A stretch of 64,000 bases of DNA from an uncultured cyanobacterium (GCA_963719515.1 CAVRCJ010000010.1:160001-224000); one strand, 5' to 3'. Positions 30,601-41,230 are shown, counted from the stretch's first letter. Notes: generated by a model from the sequence alone, not told the origin. A program made the numbers and translations.

Positions 30601-31614
30601 CTAGAGGGTTACTGTATTCAGCTGTTCACGGGGCTCATAGCTGCGAATGGTCTGCAGCTTTTGGTACAGCTCTTGCTCAGCTTGACTGATCGATTTTGGC
30701 GGAACAATCGTTACCGTTACCAGCTGATCTCCCCGGCCCCCCTTAGGCATTGGCCAACCCTTACCCCGCAGCCGCAGCGTCTGCCCTGAGCGCACCCCTG
30801 CCGGAATGCTCATCGTAACGGGACCATCAGGCGTTGGGACGTCAATTGCGCCCCCCAACACGGCTTCATCGGGCGCAATGGGAACATCACAGACTAAATT
30901 ACTGCCATCGAACGCAAAGAAAGGGTGCGGTTTTAGATTCACCACTAGGTAGAGATCTCCCCGCTGCCCAGAGGCAGGGGATACGCGTCCTTTGCCCCGT
31001 ACGCGAATGCGGCTACCGGACTTAGCCCCTGGGGGAATGCGGACCGTGATTACTTCATTGCCAAGGCTCAAGCGCTGCTTTACCCCGCGAAAGGCATCTG
31101 CGAAGCTCAGGGTGATAGGCGACTCAAGATCTTGACCCGCTTTACCAAACGGATCGCTGCCAAAACCTTCTGTACCAAAGCCACCGGGAGTCGCAGTGCG
31201 GGTCTTATATCGAAATCCCTGCCGTCCGCCCGCCGGACCTCCCGCTGCGCCCGTATTGAAGCGACCCAGCAGCTCGTTAATGAAATCGTCGAAGCTGCTG
31301 TATTGACTGAAATCAAAGCCGTCTACTCCCACACCGGGACTTGCGCCCGCTCCGGGAGGCCAGCCGCTGGGGGCACCGGACTGTTTCCAATATTGACCGA
31401 ACTGGTCGTACTTCTGCCGTTTGTCGGAATCAGACAGGACCTCGTAGGCTTCGTTGACTTCCTTAAAACGATTTTCCGCCTGCTGATCCCCTTGGTTCAT
31501 GTCAGGGTGATACTTGCGAGCTAGTTTGCGGTAAGCTCGCTTGATCTCGTCAGCGCTGGCGCTTTTGGCGACGCCCAGCACGGCATAGTAATCTTTGAAG
31601 TCGGTTGCAGCCAT
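30601..31614 (-). CDS. DnaJ class B / CbpA-like co-chaperone
   Basis: J domain with HPD, G/F region and DnaJ_C domain; no zinc finger. Confidence 0.93.
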   Translation of the reverse strand: MAATDFKDYYAVLGVAKSASADEIKRAYRKLARKYHPDMNQGDQQAENRFKEVNEAYEVLSDSDKRQKYDQFGQYWKQSGAPSGWPPGAGASPGVGVDGFDFSQYSSFDDFINELLGRFNTGAAGGPAGGRQGFRYKTRTATPGGFGTEGFGSDPFGKAGQDLESPITLSFADAFRGVKQRLSLGNEVITVRIPPGAKSGSRIRVRGKGRVSPASGQRGDLYLVVNLKPHPFFAFDGSNLVCDVPIAPDEAVLGGAIDVPTPDGPVTMSIPAGVRSGQTLRLRGKGWPMPKGGRGDQLVTVTIVPPKSISQAEQELYQKLQTIRSYEPREQLNTVTL

Positions 31615-31750
31615 TCACCTCACTCTCCTGACAACAGATTCACACAGTTTGGGGCTAGCTCTAGCCTACCAAGCTCGTAGGACCGGCCCGGTTCGGTTAT
31701 GCCAGCCGCACAAGCGCGATTTCCGCACCTTCTCCAGGCTACGCTGTGAC

Positions 31751-32236
31751 TCATGATATCGCCAAGGGTATTCTCACTAAAGCGTCGAAGCCCTCATCAA
31801 GATTAGGAGGAGCCCCAGTGAGGCAGCGCTGCATCCGCGACATCACGGCCTCCGGAACCTGACGCGATCGCATTCTGTTGCGCGCTAGGCAGAGGTCGAA
31901 AGGCATATCGAGCCAGCAGCCAGATACCGCAAAGCCCAGGGATTGAGCCTGTCGTATGACGCGGCGGCGCTGACGGCGAACCACGTTGGTGGCGTCGTAG
32001 ATCGCCCAGAGAGAAGGATCGGCCAACCTCACAGCTGCCTCAGCTTGCGCGAGCCGCTCAATGACGCGGGCTTCAATTCGGGGCCAAGATCCTTGAATAG
32101 CCTCGTCGCCAAACAGCTCTGCGCGAATAGCGTCCGTCGAAATGAGCAGCTCGGCGGGGGCGAGCTGCCGGGCCAGGGTGGTTTTGCCGCTGCCGGGCAG
32201 CCCCACCATAATCATCAAGCGGGCCACACCACTCAT
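31751..32236 (-). CDS. P-loop kinase (AAA_33 family)
   Basis: GLPGSGKTT, STDAIR, DATN and RNxxR lid. Confidence 0.85.
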   Translation of the reverse strand: MSGVARLMIMVGLPGSGKTTLARQLAPAELLISTDAIRAELFGDEAIQGSWPRIEARVIERLAQAEAAVRLADPSLWAIYDATNVVRRQRRRVIRQAQSLGFAVSGCWLDMPFDLCLARNRMRSRQVPEAVMSRMQRCLTGAPPNLDEGFDALVRIPLAIS

Positions 32237-32260
32237 ACCATAGCGCCCTGAAGCGTTAGG

Positions 32261-32905
32261 CTACTTTTTGGGTGAACCCGACGACTTAGAAGAGCCTTTT
32301 TTCCGAGAGGCGCGAATCGCCCGCTGAAGGATGAACACTGCAAAGGCGATCGCCAGCCCAATTAAGACGACTTTGCCCACCGGCCCTAAGAAGCGGCCAA
32401 TGACGGTGTAGTTTTGTCCCAGAAAATAGCCCGCAGCGGTCAAGAAGCCAATCCAGACTACGGTGCCTAGGGTGGAGTAGAGCAAAAACGGCACAAAGGC
32501 CATTTCCTCTAGCCCGGCCGGTACCGAAATATAGGTGCGAATGCCGGGGATCAGTCGACCCAGCATCACCGCAATTGAGCCGTAGCGGTTGAACCAGTCG
32601 CGAGACTTGTCAACGTCGTCCGCCGACAGCCCAATAATTTTGCCGTAGCTGTCCACCAGCTTTTTGAGCCGCTCGGTGCCCAGCGATCGCCCCAGCCAAT
32701 ACCAGGGCAGCGCCCCGGCCACTGAGCCTGCGGTTCCCGCAATAATCACCCCCACCAATCCCAGATCCCCTCGGGAGACGCTGAATCCCGCTAAAGGCAT
32801 GATCACCTCCGATGGAATGGGAGGGATCACGTTTTCTAGGAACATCAAAAAGGCGATGCCAAAGTAGCCCAGGGAGGCAATGATGTCGGTGATCCAGTTC
32901 AGCAT
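32261..32905 (-). CDS. DedA family membrane protein
   Basis: ENVIPPIPSE and GRLIPGIRT. Confidence 0.93.
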   Translation of the reverse strand: MLNWITDIIASLGYFGIAFLMFLENVIPPIPSEVIMPLAGFSVSRGDLGLVGVIIAGTAGSVAGALPWYWLGRSLGTERLKKLVDSYGKIIGLSADDVDKSRDWFNRYGSIAVMLGRLIPGIRTYISVPAGLEEMAFVPFLLYSTLGTVVWIGFLTAAGYFLGQNYTVIGRFLGPVGKVVLIGLAIAFAVFILQRAIRASRKKGSSKSSGSPKK

Positions 32906-32964
32906 GGGGTGCTCTAGCCCTCCGGGCTAAGGTGGAGTAGTTGTCAGAGATAGATTAATTTAGT

Positions 32965-33175
32965 TTAGCCCCCTGGGCCGGGCTACTTTGCTTTAGCCCT
33001 CTGGGCCCGGGTAGTCTGCTTTAGCCCCCTGGGCTGGACTACTTTGCTTTAGCCCTCCGGGCCGGGTTAACTTGCTTTAGCCCTCCGGGCCGGGTTAACT
33101 TGCCTTAGCCCTCCGGGCCGGGTTAACTTGCCTTAGCCCTCCGGGCCGGGTTAACTTGCCTTAGCCCTCCGGGCC
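32965..33175. repeat. 28-bp tandem array (7 units plus a partial unit) overlapping the carotenoid oxygenase 3' end
   Basis: Consensus TTAGCCCTCCGGGCCGGGTTAACTTGCY at exact 28-bp period from 32965 to 33161. Confidence 0.95.
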
Positions 33176-34663
33176 AAAGTACTGCGATACGAAATTGCCG
33201 TGTAGACCGTAGGGTACGTGGTGCTTCAGCCGCAGGGTTGCGATCGCCCCCTGCTCAATATTTTTGGCGTCTAAAATCACCAGTTCTGAGCGTCCGTGGG
33301 CGGCGTTGAATACCATCGTCATCACCCAGCCTTCGTCTTCTGCCGTCGCGCCTTCTGGCCCCTCCGGACGGGGCACAAACACCGGCTCTCCCACAAACCC
33401 CTGAGGGGCCGCGCTCCACAGCTGCCGCTTCCCTGTTTCTAGATCTGCCTTGAGGATGGCCTGCAGCGGGGCATTGCCGCTGGGCTGGTCTGCCGCCCCC
33501 AAGTAAACGTAGCGATAGGGCCGTCCGGCATGGCGAGGGTGAACCGAGGGAAACTCGCAGCAGCGGCTCTCCAGCTGCGAGCGCGCCACCGTCTTTTGCT
33601 CTAGGTCTAGCTCGAAGCGCCACAGCTGTCCCTCTGGCACCCGGGAGAAGTCAATCTGGCGAAAGTCTTGGTTGGGCTCTACTTCGGGGAAGCCGCTGTA
33701 GCACACCGAATCGATGTGGACCTTTCCGCCTTTTTCAAAGGCATTGGCGTGGTGAAAGACAAAGCCGGACTGGGTCTCTAGGGTCACTACCTCCCCGGAC
33801 GGCTGGCGCGGCACTAGAAGAATGCGGGTGGGTTTGTCGGGCTGAAACTTGATGCATTCCCCTGGTCCCCGCAGCCCTAAGGCAAAGGGCACGGGGTTGA
33901 AGGCCACCGGGTTTTGAAAAAAGATGGCGTAGTTGGGGGTAATGGCAAAGTCGTGGATGAAGGCAAACCCCGGCACGTTGTAGGCGTAGCGTCGCCGCAG
34001 CTTGCCGCTGGGGTAAAACTCGTAGAGGTTAATTTTGGTGGATAGGCCAGGCTGGATAGAGAAGTTGACCAGGCAAGGCTCACCGTCGATAAACTGGCAG
34101 TCTGGGTCTATCCGGGGGTGGGCGGCGAAGGAATCCGCCTCTTCCAGCACGTCATTGAGAGAGTCAATGCCAATGGTCTCTAGGGTGTGGGGGTTGAGGC
34201 GGTGAGGCTTGGCCGCTTCCCACAGCGCCAGCAGCTTATCGCCCCAATAGATGACGTTGGTGTTAGCGATATTTTTGAGGCGAAAGTCGAAGGCGTTGGC
34301 CAGCGGCCCGCCCGGCTTCTGGGTCCCAAAGACGCCCCGGTAAAGAATGGCCTCTGCCGCCTGCTCGGCGCAGTAGCCCTCGGTGCGCACGTAGCGGTTG
34401 CGGAAATGGGCCTTTCCGTCCTTAAAGGCGATCGCGCAGATCATGCCGTCGCCGTCGAAGGGGTGCTGAATCGGCGTGCCGCCAATATCCATCAGCCCTG
34501 GGCCATTGCGAAACAGGGTGCCCGCTAGCGCCGGGGGAATCTCTCCCTCAACGTCATCAATCCAGTAGTCGAACTCGTTGTAAAGCGAGCGGTAGCCGTC
34601 CTGCCACTCTTGTTGGCGGTAGGAGCGGCCGTGGGTTTGAGCGATGGGGGTTGAGGGTGTCAC
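33161..34663 (-). CDS. Carotenoid cleavage oxygenase (ACO/Diox1-like, RPE65 family)
   Basis: RNGPG, FDGDG, four His ligands (AHP, IHDF, FHH, GLHG) and EPVFVP. Confidence 0.93.
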   Translation of the reverse strand: MTPSTPIAQTHGRSYRQQEWQDGYRSLYNEFDYWIDDVEGEIPPALAGTLFRNGPGLMDIGGTPIQHPFDGDGMICAIAFKDGKAHFRNRYVRTEGYCAEQAAEAILYRGVFGTQKPGGPLANAFDFRLKNIANTNVIYWGDKLLALWEAAKPHRLNPHTLETIGIDSLNDVLEEADSFAAHPRIDPDCQFIDGEPCLVNFSIQPGLSTKINLYEFYPSGKLRRRYAYNVPGFAFIHDFAITPNYAIFFQNPVAFNPVPFALGLRGPGECIKFQPDKPTRILLVPRQPSGEVVTLETQSGFVFHHANAFEKGGKVHIDSVCYSGFPEVEPNQDFRQIDFSRVPEGQLWRFELDLEQKTVARSQLESRCCEFPSVHPRHAGRPYRYVYLGAADQPSGNAPLQAILKADLETGKRQLWSAAPQGFVGEPVFVPRPEGPEGATAEDEGWVMTMVFNAAHGRSELVILDAKNIEQGAIATLRLKHHVPYGLHGNFVSQYFGPEG

Positions 34664-34730
34664 AGGAAAGTAGGGATAAAGAACGGGTAAACAGGTCGCT
34701 GGAATAGAGCCGATGCTTGATAGATTTGGG

Positions 34731-36212
34731 TTAATCTACATCGGCAGCGGGCTGCAGCGCGGGAATCGACGGGGGCGTGTAGGTCTGGTGGCTCACCGAT
34801 GTTGCTGTAGACATGGCCTCGTGGCCAACTGCCGGGGCCGGGAACCTATTGCCCTGTGCCTTTTCTTGAGCCGCGTTGGTGGCACTGTCAATATTGTCGT
34901 CCGGCAGCAGCCGCAGAAACAGCAGCGGCAACAGCGTGCTGACGTTGGCCACCAGCACCAGCACCCACAGGTGGTCAAAGCTCACCTCAGTAATACCCAG
35001 CGCCTTGGTCAATAGCGCTCCGCCCTCATGGGAAACCAGCCGCGCCATATTCAAAATCGACATCAGCAGAGCAAATAGCGTCGCCTCTACCCCCGGCGGA
35101 CAAATGCGGGCCGCCAGCACCAAAATCGGCATGTAGGCAATTTCTCCCATTACCGTCAGCACCAGGCTATCTCCTAGGCTGAACCAGCGGTCGTCGATGC
35201 CCAATGTACGGTTAGCGTGGGTTACCAGCAGCAGCGACGTCAGCCCCAGCACCGCCGAGATCAAAATCGTCCAGCGAAAAATGATGCGAAAGGGGACTTT
35301 TTTGAAAAAGCGCTGAAAGAGCCAAATGCCTGCGATCGCCGCCGCGCTGGTGACCAGCCGCAGCCGCCCTAAGAACTCAGCGCTAAACCCCAGGTCGTTG
35401 GTGGAAAAGAAAAAGAAGGCCGAATCGGACGAGGGGGTGGCCTGCCACACGAAGATAAACAGGGCGGGCATCCAAATGGCCCGCTGACTCACCGCCTGCC
35501 GCAGGAGGCTCACCTGCTGCCGCACCACCACCAGGCCCTGATTAGCCTCGACCCGCTCCTCGGCAATCAGCCCCGCCACGCAGGACACCAGCAGCGGGAA
35601 GGTGGCGGTAATCAAAAAGACCGTCTGGCTATCGAACTGCTCTAGCAGCGAGCCGCTGAAGTAGGCCGTCAGCAGTCCCCCTACGGCGGCAGTCCCCCAG
35701 CACAGCGACTGCAGACTTCCTGCGGTCGCCTGGGACTCGCGCCGCGCCCGCTCCACCACTAAAGAGTCGACAATCACGTCGCTAAGGGCGATGGAGGCGG
35801 AACTTAGGGTAATGGCAATGGTGGCCGCGATCGCCGTATGGACTACTGTCGCGAGCACGACCCAGGACCCAGCTCCCACTAGCCCCGACAGAACCAGATA
35901 GGGGCGGCGGCGATAGCCAAAGATGGGCAGTCCATCGGAAACAAAGCCAAAGACGGGCTTAATAATCCAGGGAATGGAGACTACCCCCAGCAGCGCCGCC
36001 ATCTGGGTCGGAGAGAGGCCAAGGTCGTCTTTGAGGAAGAAGCTTACGGCCAGCTGGGCCAGCCCCAACGTGCCCTGAACAAAGTACACCAGCAAAATGG
36101 CGGCTAGCTCTAGGCTGGGGCGGTTACCAAACAGCAGGTGAGTTTGCGCGGCAGTGGCGATCGCCTGCCGGGTTGACTGCTGTGGGGTGGTGGGGTCGGG
36201 AGGCGAGGCCAT
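34731..36212 (-). CDS. Folate/biopterin (BT1) MFS transporter
   Basis: VYFVQG, PWIIKP, SDGLPIFGYRRRPY and CPPGVEATLFALLMS. Confidence 0.93.
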   Translation of the reverse strand: MASPPDPTTPQQSTRQAIATAAQTHLLFGNRPSLELAAILLVYFVQGTLGLAQLAVSFFLKDDLGLSPTQMAALLGVVSIPWIIKPVFGFVSDGLPIFGYRRRPYLVLSGLVGAGSWVVLATVVHTAIAATIAITLSSASIALSDVIVDSLVVERARRESQATAGSLQSLCWGTAAVGGLLTAYFSGSLLEQFDSQTVFLITATFPLLVSCVAGLIAEERVEANQGLVVVRQQVSLLRQAVSQRAIWMPALFIFVWQATPSSDSAFFFFSTNDLGFSAEFLGRLRLVTSAAAIAGIWLFQRFFKKVPFRIIFRWTILISAVLGLTSLLLVTHANRTLGIDDRWFSLGDSLVLTVMGEIAYMPILVLAARICPPGVEATLFALLMSILNMARLVSHEGGALLTKALGITEVSFDHLWVLVLVANVSTLLPLLFLRLLPDDNIDSATNAAQEKAQGNRFPAPAVGHEAMSTATSVSHQTYTPPSIPALQPAADVD

Positions 36213-36307
36213 TATGTTAAGAAATATCAATTCCCCTTATCATAACGCCCTATCTCTCCGGTGCCCTCTGGCGATCGCGCGCTCCTGCTCTACCGAAGGG
36301 CTGAAAC

Positions 36308-38569
36308 CTAATTTTTTGGTGAGAGCGCGCCGCCGTCTATTCCGACCCGTTGCGACGATGCCTTTTCAGCTGGCTTGATGACGACTCGCAGATACTTTAG
36401 CCCAGTGACTCCCTGCAGGGGTTCGACGACTCCTTGGTCTACCTGCTCTTCAACCCAGCCTTCCCGCATCAAATAGCGCAGATACTCTTCATACTGCTGC
36501 CGCTCACTGCCCGTGGAGTAGACCACCGTCAGCTGGCCGGGCTGGGTAATGCGATCGCGGGTTTCTTGGTCAACGGCTTTGTCGATGCGCTTCTTCACGA
36601 TCTCGTAGCGGGTGTCGCGGGTGCCTCTCACCTCAAAGGGGCGGTCGGTACGCTCGTCGTGAAAGATATCTACCGTCAAATCCTGCACTAAAACCAAGTG
36701 GGTCATTTCCAGCGTGGTATCAAACTCGGTCTGAATTTGAAAGGCCCGCCTCGCGCAGTGGCAGATGCCTCGCAGCTGCTCGTAGCGCAGGCTACGTAGA
36801 TAGAAGGGCGAAAAGCTAGCGTTGATAGACTCCCCTGCATAGATCATGTGGTCAATGCCGTCAGTCGTCTCCACATCGCAATAGTGGGGGATGATAGTCT
36901 GCATTTTCGCTTGCCACTCATCCCAAACCTGACGCAGCTGGGTGTTGAACTGGCTGAGCAGAGTATCGTAGGCGTTGCGGGCGGTATGAACGGTGCCCAG
37001 ATTGTTGCTGCAGGCGGTCTGATAGGCCAGAACGGCATCCTGCGCAGCGTGACTGCATTGGGAAAAGTAGTCGAAGTTAGCTTCGACGCAGGTCTGTAGA
37101 TACTGAACCGCCGTTACTTCCGTATCGACCGTCACCCCCTGACGCAGCTCCGTTACCTTTGCCTGGAGATCGAGTCGTATTTGCTCACACAGGGCGTGTC
37201 CCTCGGACTGGTAAGCCACGTCTACAATAGCGATCGCCAGCTCAAACTGGGTCAGTAAGTCTTCTTGAATGGCGCGGTTGCGCTCATGGGAAGAGCCGCG
37301 AATATCGGATACCCCATACAGCGGATAGACGTTCGCGAAGACGATAGATTCGGACGGTAGCCCCCAGCTGCGCCGTTCAGCCTCTTGGGCAAAGCGCCAC
37401 TCCACTGCGGCATGAATCTTACTGGTAAACTGCCGCTGCTGCAGCTGTCGCAGGGCGTTGGTGAGGGCCATAGTAAATGAAGGAATAAGCTGCTTCGCCT
37501 GTTTACGGTCGACGCCGTCGAAGTGATGGACCTCATTGCTGAGCAAGATGACCACGCCGATAGGATTACGGACGCGCTGGCCCGCGACAGACGTTTTGGC
37601 AATCAGGGGCATGAGCAACATCGAGCGAGTGCCCATCGCCAGCATCTGGTCGCCCTCTTCTGTGGCTGGCACCTGAGCTAGGTCCGGTACGGCGACGACC
37701 TGATCGGTTTCGATGGCTTGAACAATAGGCTGTCCTTTGAGAGAGTCTAGGGAGTACTCTGCGGCGTCAATCTCCTCGCTGATCGAGCCGCTAAAGATAC
37801 GAACCGTGTTGCCCTCAATGCCGGCGATAATTGTGTTCTGTGCCCGGAACAGCTGGCACATCTGCTCGTTGAGCTGCTCAAAGGGCTGGCTGCTGCAAAT
37901 TGAGTCTTTATTGACTAGCAGCTGGGTAATACGGCGAATGGTCTCGCGCGTAGTAATATCGACGCCTTCGAGGGCGATTGTCCCTTCGAGGACGTAATCC
38001 ACGGTGTTCATCTGTTGAACCAGAGGATCGAGCCACTGTGGATCGTTGGCCAGCGCTCGCTGCTCATCGAGGGTCAGAGTTTCTAGCGATAGCTTATCTA
38101 GCGGGCAGGCTTGGTCTGGATTGATGTGGATGCGTAGGCCATGGGGCCGCAGGCAGAACTGGACATAGCGCGGGCTGGGGTAGAGCGGGCTCTTGATTCT
38201 GGCTAACACGGGTTGGTTGAGCGATCGTAGGGGAGCCTCGAAGCGGTAATCCTGGACAAGCAGATTGTGGAGCAGCTGTGCCTTTATCAACCAGTGAAGT
38301 TCTCCCAACGTTGATTTGGGCAGCACGCTGAGATCTGACAGCCGGGTTTCAGCCGGTGCAATGTCCTCAATGTTGGCCCCCATGAACTGCTGAAAGTAGC
38401 GGTTGGTGGCCTCTATGGCGTCAGTTCTAGGGTCTATGAATGCAACCAGCATCTCGCTGGGCACGACGTCACAGACGCTATCGCGATGGCCTGAGGTATG
38501 TGACGGTTGCAGGTGAGAGGAGACCAGGTCGGCAATGGAAACCAGGTTATTGGGAGTGCAGGCAGTCAT
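36308..38569 (-). CDS. GAF domain-containing protein with uncharacterised C-terminal domain
   Basis: Central GAF (VAVPDL, RSMLLMPL, IGVVIL); C-terminal motifs YPLYGVSDIRGSS, TDG and YEIVKKRIDKA. Confidence 0.8.
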   Translation of the reverse strand: MTACTPNNLVSIADLVSSHLQPSHTSGHRDSVCDVVPSEMLVAFIDPRTDAIEATNRYFQQFMGANIEDIAPAETRLSDLSVLPKSTLGELHWLIKAQLLHNLLVQDYRFEAPLRSLNQPVLARIKSPLYPSPRYVQFCLRPHGLRIHINPDQACPLDKLSLETLTLDEQRALANDPQWLDPLVQQMNTVDYVLEGTIALEGVDITTRETIRRITQLLVNKDSICSSQPFEQLNEQMCQLFRAQNTIIAGIEGNTVRIFSGSISEEIDAAEYSLDSLKGQPIVQAIETDQVVAVPDLAQVPATEEGDQMLAMGTRSMLLMPLIAKTSVAGQRVRNPIGVVILLSNEVHHFDGVDRKQAKQLIPSFTMALTNALRQLQQRQFTSKIHAAVEWRFAQEAERRSWGLPSESIVFANVYPLYGVSDIRGSSHERNRAIQEDLLTQFELAIAIVDVAYQSEGHALCEQIRLDLQAKVTELRQGVTVDTEVTAVQYLQTCVEANFDYFSQCSHAAQDAVLAYQTACSNNLGTVHTARNAYDTLLSQFNTQLRQVWDEWQAKMQTIIPHYCDVETTDGIDHMIYAGESINASFSPFYLRSLRYEQLRGICHCARRAFQIQTEFDTTLEMTHLVLVQDLTVDIFHDERTDRPFEVRGTRDTRYEIVKKRIDKAVDQETRDRITQPGQLTVVYSTGSERQQYEEYLRYLMREGWVEEQVDQGVVEPLQGVTGLKYLRVVIKPAEKASSQRVGIDGGALSPKN

Positions 38570-38897
38570 GGTGACGTCCAGTGGAGAGGATGGAGGGTTT
38601 CAGCAACTCATGTCCCTAGAATTACGCAATCCTCTACCGCTCGTTTTGATATTGTCTTAAGCTTTATAAAAGATTTGAGAACTGAAAGCCTATATGTAGG
38701 GGGGAAATAGATTGCTATAGCGGGAACATAGCCCCTCAGCCTATTTGAATAGGCTTTTGGATGGAGCCAGCTAAGCGGAAATTTAGGCCAGCAGCATTTA
38801 AAATAGGGCAATATTGTGCTAGCTTGGTGAAGCTTAAAAAATTTGCGTCTGCTTTGGCGATCGCTCTACAAGAGCGTCCTCCAAATGTCGCAGGTCT

Positions 38898-38970
38898 GGC
38901 TCAGTAGCTCAGTGGTTAGAGCAGGGGACTCATAAGCCCAAGGTCGCAGGTTCAAATCCCGCCTGAGCCA
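38898..38970 (+). tRNA. trnM: tRNA-Met (CAT), elongator type
   Basis: Cloverleaf GGCTCAG..CTGAGCC-A, anticodon loop CTCATAA and GGTTCAAATCC. Confidence 0.93.
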
Positions 38971-39187
38971 TTTATTTTGTTTAGAGCGTTTGCAGCTCGC
39001 CTAATTCAAGTTCTTGAGGCGTAAAGGACTATGTTAGTGATCGTCGGACTGTTTCGTTAGCGTCAGTCTTGAAATAAGTTCGATTGCTAGGCTCGTCTTT
39101 ATAAAAATGCGCTGTAAGACGCTGATATCCTCTGGCAAGGAATTGCGGTGTGACTGAGCTACCATTCGTGCTTGGCGAGAAAAAATC

Positions 39188-40348
39188 TCAATTCTTTTTC
39201 ATCACTAGAATCCTTTCAAACTTCGTCGTATCAGTTTTGCGGCGCGATCGCCGTTCATCGGGGATTAAGTCATCATAGATTGTCTCAATCTTGAGCGCCC
39301 CGCGAGTGGTCTCGACAGCTAAATCAGCTAAGATTTCAGCCGTACGTTTGGTTTCTCCATTTTTCTTGACATCGCCTAAAACTAAGATGCAGTGGGCACG
39401 TGATTTGAGTATTCGCGACATTTCCTGTAGACAGATACTCATCTGAGGTAAGTAAACTTTGCTGCTTGATGTCAAATCAGCGTCGAGCGATTTCCAGTCA
39501 TCACAGCCTAGAAACCAAAGGCGCAGCCGATTGTCTCGGGCATAGTCCAGTGCTCCGAAATAGGGTGGGCTAGAAATAATAGTGTCGACCGTCTCATCAG
39601 CTATAGGCAAGTTCATGCAGTTGGTAGACCACACCCGGTACTGCGCCGGGCACCAGCTCAACGGCAAGCAGTGGCGACGATAGGCCCGCTTGACTTTCGC
39701 AATCAGGCGAGATCTTAGATCCCGGTACTCATACATTTTCGGAAACGCTTCGGGGGGATATTTCTTCTTCCGGAGATAGGGAACTAGGTGACTCGCTGGG
39801 TAAGAGAGAAAACCGGGGCGAACGTGGTGGAGGATGCCCATCAGGCAGGCCAGCAGAAAATAGTTCTCTTTCTGCCGCAGCAAGGAAAATCCTGCTAGAA
39901 CTTCCCTAAAGGTCTCTGGGTGAAAGAACTCTTGTACCCAATCGGGGGCGAGTGCGCTATCTATTATTTGCTTCTTTTGATCAACTGCATCGAGCAGATG
40001 ATGCGCTTGATCTAAAGCAAGTATTTCGCTGGAGGGGGCTTCCAGTTTGCCTCGCGTTATGGCATAGGCGTAAGGGCTCAAGTCGTTAGCCCAAGCAATT
40101 CGCTCTGACAGAGCAGCTTCCAACGGAACGACACCCGAACCACAGAAGGGGTCGAGAACGATATCGCCGGGCTTTGAGTACAGCTCCAGCAGAACCTGAA
40201 CCATACCCGACTTGAGTTTACCGACGTAGGGGGATAGCTGTTGTAGGGTGCTTTCGCGAGCGTTGAAAGACCCGTGCCACAGCGATGCGTCTAAAGCGGG
40301 AGCTTTTTTACCGAAGAGGCTGAGCTGTTGGACATTTTGCTTGTACAC
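39188..40348 (-). CDS. Amino-DNA methyltransferase, likely m4C, alpha-type motif order
   Basis: Motif I DPFCGSG near the N-terminus and motif IV SPPY near the C-terminus. Confidence 0.85.
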   Translation of the reverse strand: MYKQNVQQLSLFGKKAPALDASLWHGSFNARESTLQQLSPYVGKLKSGMVQVLLELYSKPGDIVLDPFCGSGVVPLEAALSERIAWANDLSPYAYAITRGKLEAPSSEILALDQAHHLLDAVDQKKQIIDSALAPDWVQEFFHPETFREVLAGFSLLRQKENYFLLACLMGILHHVRPGFLSYPASHLVPYLRKKKYPPEAFPKMYEYRDLRSRLIAKVKRAYRRHCLPLSWCPAQYRVWSTNCMNLPIADETVDTIISSPPYFGALDYARDNRLRLWFLGCDDWKSLDADLTSSSKVYLPQMSICLQEMSRILKSRAHCILVLGDVKKNGETKRTAEILADLAVETTRGALKIETIYDDLIPDERRSRRKTDTTKFERILVMKKN

Positions 40349-40363
40349 GGATAGGTTTTGCCG

Positions 40364-41230
40364 CTAGGGTTGCCACGAACGGGATAGACTACTGTCTACG
40401 ATAGTTCCCTGATGGACTACCTTGACCTCCCGACGGAGCTTTCCTCGCTCTAGCTGCAGAAGTTTAACGTGAACATTCCAGATGTGCTTATGGTGCCTAT
40501 TAGAAGATATGTCGAAGAGCTCAAGGATCAGTTTTGGTAGCCGTAGGGTTTTTAGAGTGTGAATGGGAGGCTCAGGGTCATCTTGAGATGGAACACGCTG
40601 GGGAAAGAGAAATATATCTGGGGCAGTATTTTGCGTGATGGTGGCCTCCTGACCTGGATATTTAGGGCAGGGGCGAGCCGGGGTGCCGCATAAAAGATCC
40701 TTGAAAAACAAAACGTCTACCTGCTTTTGTCGTCGAACTAGCTCATTGGTGAGTCGGTTGATGATGGAATGGGCTCCATTGGCAGGCTGATTGACGATCG
40801 CCCCGTCTAGGTGGCACCAAACGGCAAATTCTCTAGCCCATAGAGGACGTTCAGAAATATTGATGCTGTTGCCTTCACCGCCTTTAACTTCGATACAGGA
40901 AAAATAGTCAGGATTTTTCTGAATGGCAACGGTGAAGTCATATCGGTTGCTCCGTCCAGTTTGGTCGTAGTCGGCGATCTTCCCATTCTGCCGCAGAGCC
41001 TGTAGGATTCGGCTGACGAGCTGCTCCCGTCTTACAGTGGATGAAGCGATGAAAGTGCCGCGAATGCTTTCGACAGCGGATCTAAAGACGAGGCTGGACT
41101 TGTAGTCTTCGGGCTGAATGGCGTGTTGGAGCAAAATATCTGGATGCCACTCATCCATATGAGTAAGTAAGTCAATAGTGGGCTGAACCTGGCATGTGAC
41201 GTTTGGCTGGTGCTGACAGGGTAATGCCAA
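40364..41230 (-). CDS. Putative type II restriction endonuclease (PD-(D/E)xK)
   Basis: RYDF..IEVK signature; 15 bp upstream of the MTase on the same strand. Confidence 0.6.
   Translation of the reverse strand: MALPCQHQPNVTCQVQPTIDLLTHMDEWHPDILLQHAIQPEDYKSSLVFRSAVESIRGTFIASSTVRREQLVSRILQALRQNGKIADYDQTGRSNRYDFTVAIQKNPDYFSCIEVKGGEGNSINISERPLWAREFAVWCHLDGAIVNQPANGAHSIINRLTNELVRRQKQVDVLFFKDLLCGTPARPCPKYPGQEATITQNTAPDIFLFPQRVPSQDDPEPPIHTLKTLRLPKLILELFDISSNRHHKHIWNVHVKLLQLERGKLRREVKVVHQGTIVDSSLSRSWQP

Noticed and set aside
32965..33175. CRISPR array
   Set aside because: The period is only 28 bp, the intervening 13-mers are identical or related rather than unique spacers, and no cas genes are nearby
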